Origin: an uncultured virus (IMG/VR IMGVR_UViG_3300030118_003994)
Lineage: Duplodnaviria > Heunggongvirae > Uroviricota > Caudoviricetes > Crassvirales
Virus record (IMG/VR): IMGVR_UViG_3300030118_003994
Reading direction: 5' to 3' (one strand)
DNA length: 20,000 bases
The notes beneath the pieces are model-generated. The model was not told the DNA's origin. It saw nothing but the letters and a program-made list of their open reading frames with translations, and did no database searches. Below, in pieces: positions 18,556-20,000 of the stretch. A program made the position numbers and the translations under genes. Position 1 is the first letter of the stretch. Each line of letters begins with the position of its first letter.

Positions 18556-18842
18556 TGGCCAAAGCAGACAAAAGAGCATCAGCTATAAAGCGTGCAGGTG
18601 TTAGTGGTTTAAATAAACCAAAACGTACACCAGGACATCCTACCAAATCACATGTAGTTGTAACTAACTGTAAAGGAAAGATTAAAACTATAAGATTTGG
18701 TCAGCAAGGTGTAAGCACGGCTGGTAAAAAAATGGATTCTAAATCTAAAGCTAGAAGAAAATCATTTAAAGCTAGACATGCTAAGAATATAGCTAAAGGA
18801 CAATGCTCTGCTGCATACTGGGCTAATAAAGTAAAATGGTAA
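18555..18842 (+). CDS. Basic small phage protein (RRKSFKARH..SAAYW family)
   Basis: 95 aa; KPKRTPGHPTKSHVV..IRFGQQG..RRKSFKARH..SAAYWANKVKW, a pattern I recall from aquatic phages. Confidence 0.8.
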   Translation: MAKADKRASAIKRAGVSGLNKPKRTPGHPTKSHVVVTNCKGKIKTIRFGQQGVSTAGKKMDSKSKARRKSFKARHAKNIAKGQCSAAYWANKVKW

Positions 18843-18843
18843 T

Positions 18844-18957
18844 ATGGCAAGAAAACTTTCAAAAAAACAAGGGAGAATAGCAAAGCTTGCTCCTCCATAC
18901 AATAAAATTACTGGAGCAGATTTTAAAGTTCTTAGAAGACGTAAAAAAAGAAGATAG
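18844..18957 (+). CDS. 37-aa basic micro-protein
   Basis: MARKLSKKQGRIAKLAPPYNKITGADFKVLRRRKKRR; TAG overlaps the next GTG start. Confidence 0.7.
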   Translation: MARKLSKKQGRIAKLAPPYNKITGADFKVLRRRKKRR

Positions 18958-19241
18958 TGGCTAGAGACTACAAAGAGGAGTATAGAAAGTTTCAATCTTC
19001 TACCAAGGCAAAAAAAGATAGGGCTGCAAGAAACGCTGCTAATAGAAAAAAGAAATGCCCACCTGGTTCTGAAGTACATCATAAAGATGGTAACCCAAGA
19101 AACAATAGTGCATCTAATTTAGTATGTAGAAAAAAAAGTGCTAACAGAGGAGGTAAAAACGAAGGTGGAAGAAGAAAAGGAGTATCTCATAATTATCCAA
19201 AAGGAAGAAAGTCTCCTGGAACAGGAACTAAAAGAGTATAG
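18957..19241 (+). CDS. Small HNH endonuclease-like protein
   Basis: EVHHKDGNPRNNSASNL..SANR beta-beta-alpha-metal motif; basic tail; GTG start. Confidence 0.8.
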   Translation: MARDYKEEYRKFQSSTKAKKDRAARNAANRKKKCPPGSEVHHKDGNPRNNSASNLVCRKKSANRGGKNEGGRRKGVSHNYPKGRKSPGTGTKRV

Positions 19242-19243
19242 AT

Positions 19244-19387
19244 ATGGCAAAAAAGAAAAAAGGAAATAAAATATGTGCAGCAGGTAAAGCTTGGGCTATG
19301 CGAACATATGGTAAATGGTCTGCTTATGCTGCAATGGGTGCCTCTAAGTATTGTAAAGACCCTAATTACGCTAAAAACAAAAAATAA
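19244..19387 (+). CDS. 47-aa basic small protein
   Basis: MAKKKKGNKICAAGKAWAMRTYGKWSAYAAMGASKYCKDPNYAKNKK; TAATG-coupled to the next gene. Confidence 0.7.
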   Translation: MAKKKKGNKICAAGKAWAMRTYGKWSAYAAMGASKYCKDPNYAKNKK

Positions 19388-19626
19388 TGGGAGCATTAAA
19401 AAAATGGTTAAAACAAAAATGGGTTCGTATAGGCACTGATGGTTCTATAAAAGGTCCTTGCGGAACAAGTAAAGCTAAAAAAAACCCAGATAGATGTTTG
19501 CCTTTAGCAAAAGCTAGAAGTTTAAGTAAGTCAGAAAGAGCAAAGACAGCTAGAAAAAAGAAAGCAAGCGGTGGAAAAAAACAATTTGTAAGTAACACTA
19601 AAAAAGCAAGAGTAAGAAACGCATAA
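19387..19626 (+). CDS. Basic small phage protein (DUF5872-like)
   Basis: 79 aa; LKKWLKQKWV..PCG..RCLP..A..LSKSER..TARKK..KQFV. Confidence 0.75.
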   Translation: MGALKKWLKQKWVRIGTDGSIKGPCGTSKAKKNPDRCLPLAKARSLSKSERAKTARKKKASGGKKQFVSNTKKARVRNA

Positions 19627-19637
19627 AAAAAAATAAA

Positions 19638-19913
19638 ATGAGCAATAGAAAACAACCAGAAGAATTTACAAAAAATGTAAAACAAGGAAAAAACGGAAGT
19701 GAAAATTTAAGTATGTTAAACACTCCCAATGTTAATCTTGTTAAAAAACAAGTTGGGCCTGTAGCAGAAGTAAAAGAAACACCAGTAAAAGAACAAAACA
19801 TACAAGCTCGAATGCACAATGTAATGGAGATAAAAGACCGGGAAACTAGTACTTCGAAAAGAAGATTTAAGCCACTGAAGTCGCAAAGACCGGAGCCTAG
19901 AGACGAAAGATAA
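19638..19913 (+). CDS. Hypothetical hydrophilic, probably disordered protein
   Basis: 91-aa ORF with A-rich leader, continuing the operon. Confidence 0.65.
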   Translation: MSNRKQPEEFTKNVKQGKNGSENLSMLNTPNVNLVKKQVGPVAEVKETPVKEQNIQARMHNVMEIKDRETSTSKRRFKPLKSQRPEPRDER

Positions 19914-19926
19914 AAAAAGAAAAATA

Positions 19927-20000
19927 ATGAAAATAGGAAGAAAATTAAGAGACATAGGAAATGAAGATTGTGGTTGTGGGCCTGCTGGTCGTCACACTGA
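19927..20000 (+). CDS. Partial small protein with CGCG motif
   Basis: MKIGRKLRDIGNEDCGCGPAGRHT..., open to the window end; A-rich leader. Confidence 0.55.
   Translation, partial: MKIGRKLRDIGNEDCGCGPAGRHT

Noticed and set aside
17939..19955. Phe/Leu-rich ORFs (17939+, 18701-, 18762-, 19193-, 19371-, 19598-, 19716-) that look like membrane proteins or holins
   Set aside because: Their hydrophobicity is the antisense image of Lys-rich codons of the coupled genes on the opposite strand
1..20000. Stop-codon reassignment, as in some crAss-like phages
   Set aside because: Long genes are intact in code 11; TAG and TGA act as true stops at coupled junctions (e.g. 18957, 16799, 17664)
1..20000. CRISPR array, tRNA or structured ncRNA
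   Set aside because: Intergenic gaps are short (about 110 nt or less) and explained by promoters and terminators; no spaced direct repeats or cloverleaf seen

Overview
AT-rich segment of a tailed dsDNA phage (Caudoviricetes), very probably infecting Bacteroidota/Flavobacteriia. Evidence for the host: TATATTTG -7 promoter boxes at seven gene starts, A-rich SD-less start regions, and SprB/LRR-type domains. The minus strand carries the morphogenesis module: Cys-rich small protein, hypothetical, double-GroES co-chaperonin, putative TerS, TerL, portal, scaffold, major capsid protein, a 271-aa conserved protein, a 1788-aa mosaic adhesin-like protein, a 288-aa protein and a truncated structural gene. 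A divergent two-gene cassette sits between the putative terS and terL. At the right end a + strand operon encodes at least ten tightly packed small proteins, mostly very basic; six of them are missing from the ORF track. Main observations: (1) this basic micro-protein operon; (2) a ~275-aa module shared between the middle of the 1788-aa protein and the N-terminus of the unannotated gene at 1-827; (3) host-like adhesin domains in a phage protein; (4) a probably leaderless terL transcript. Family assignments are from motif recognition and memory only; no searches were run.
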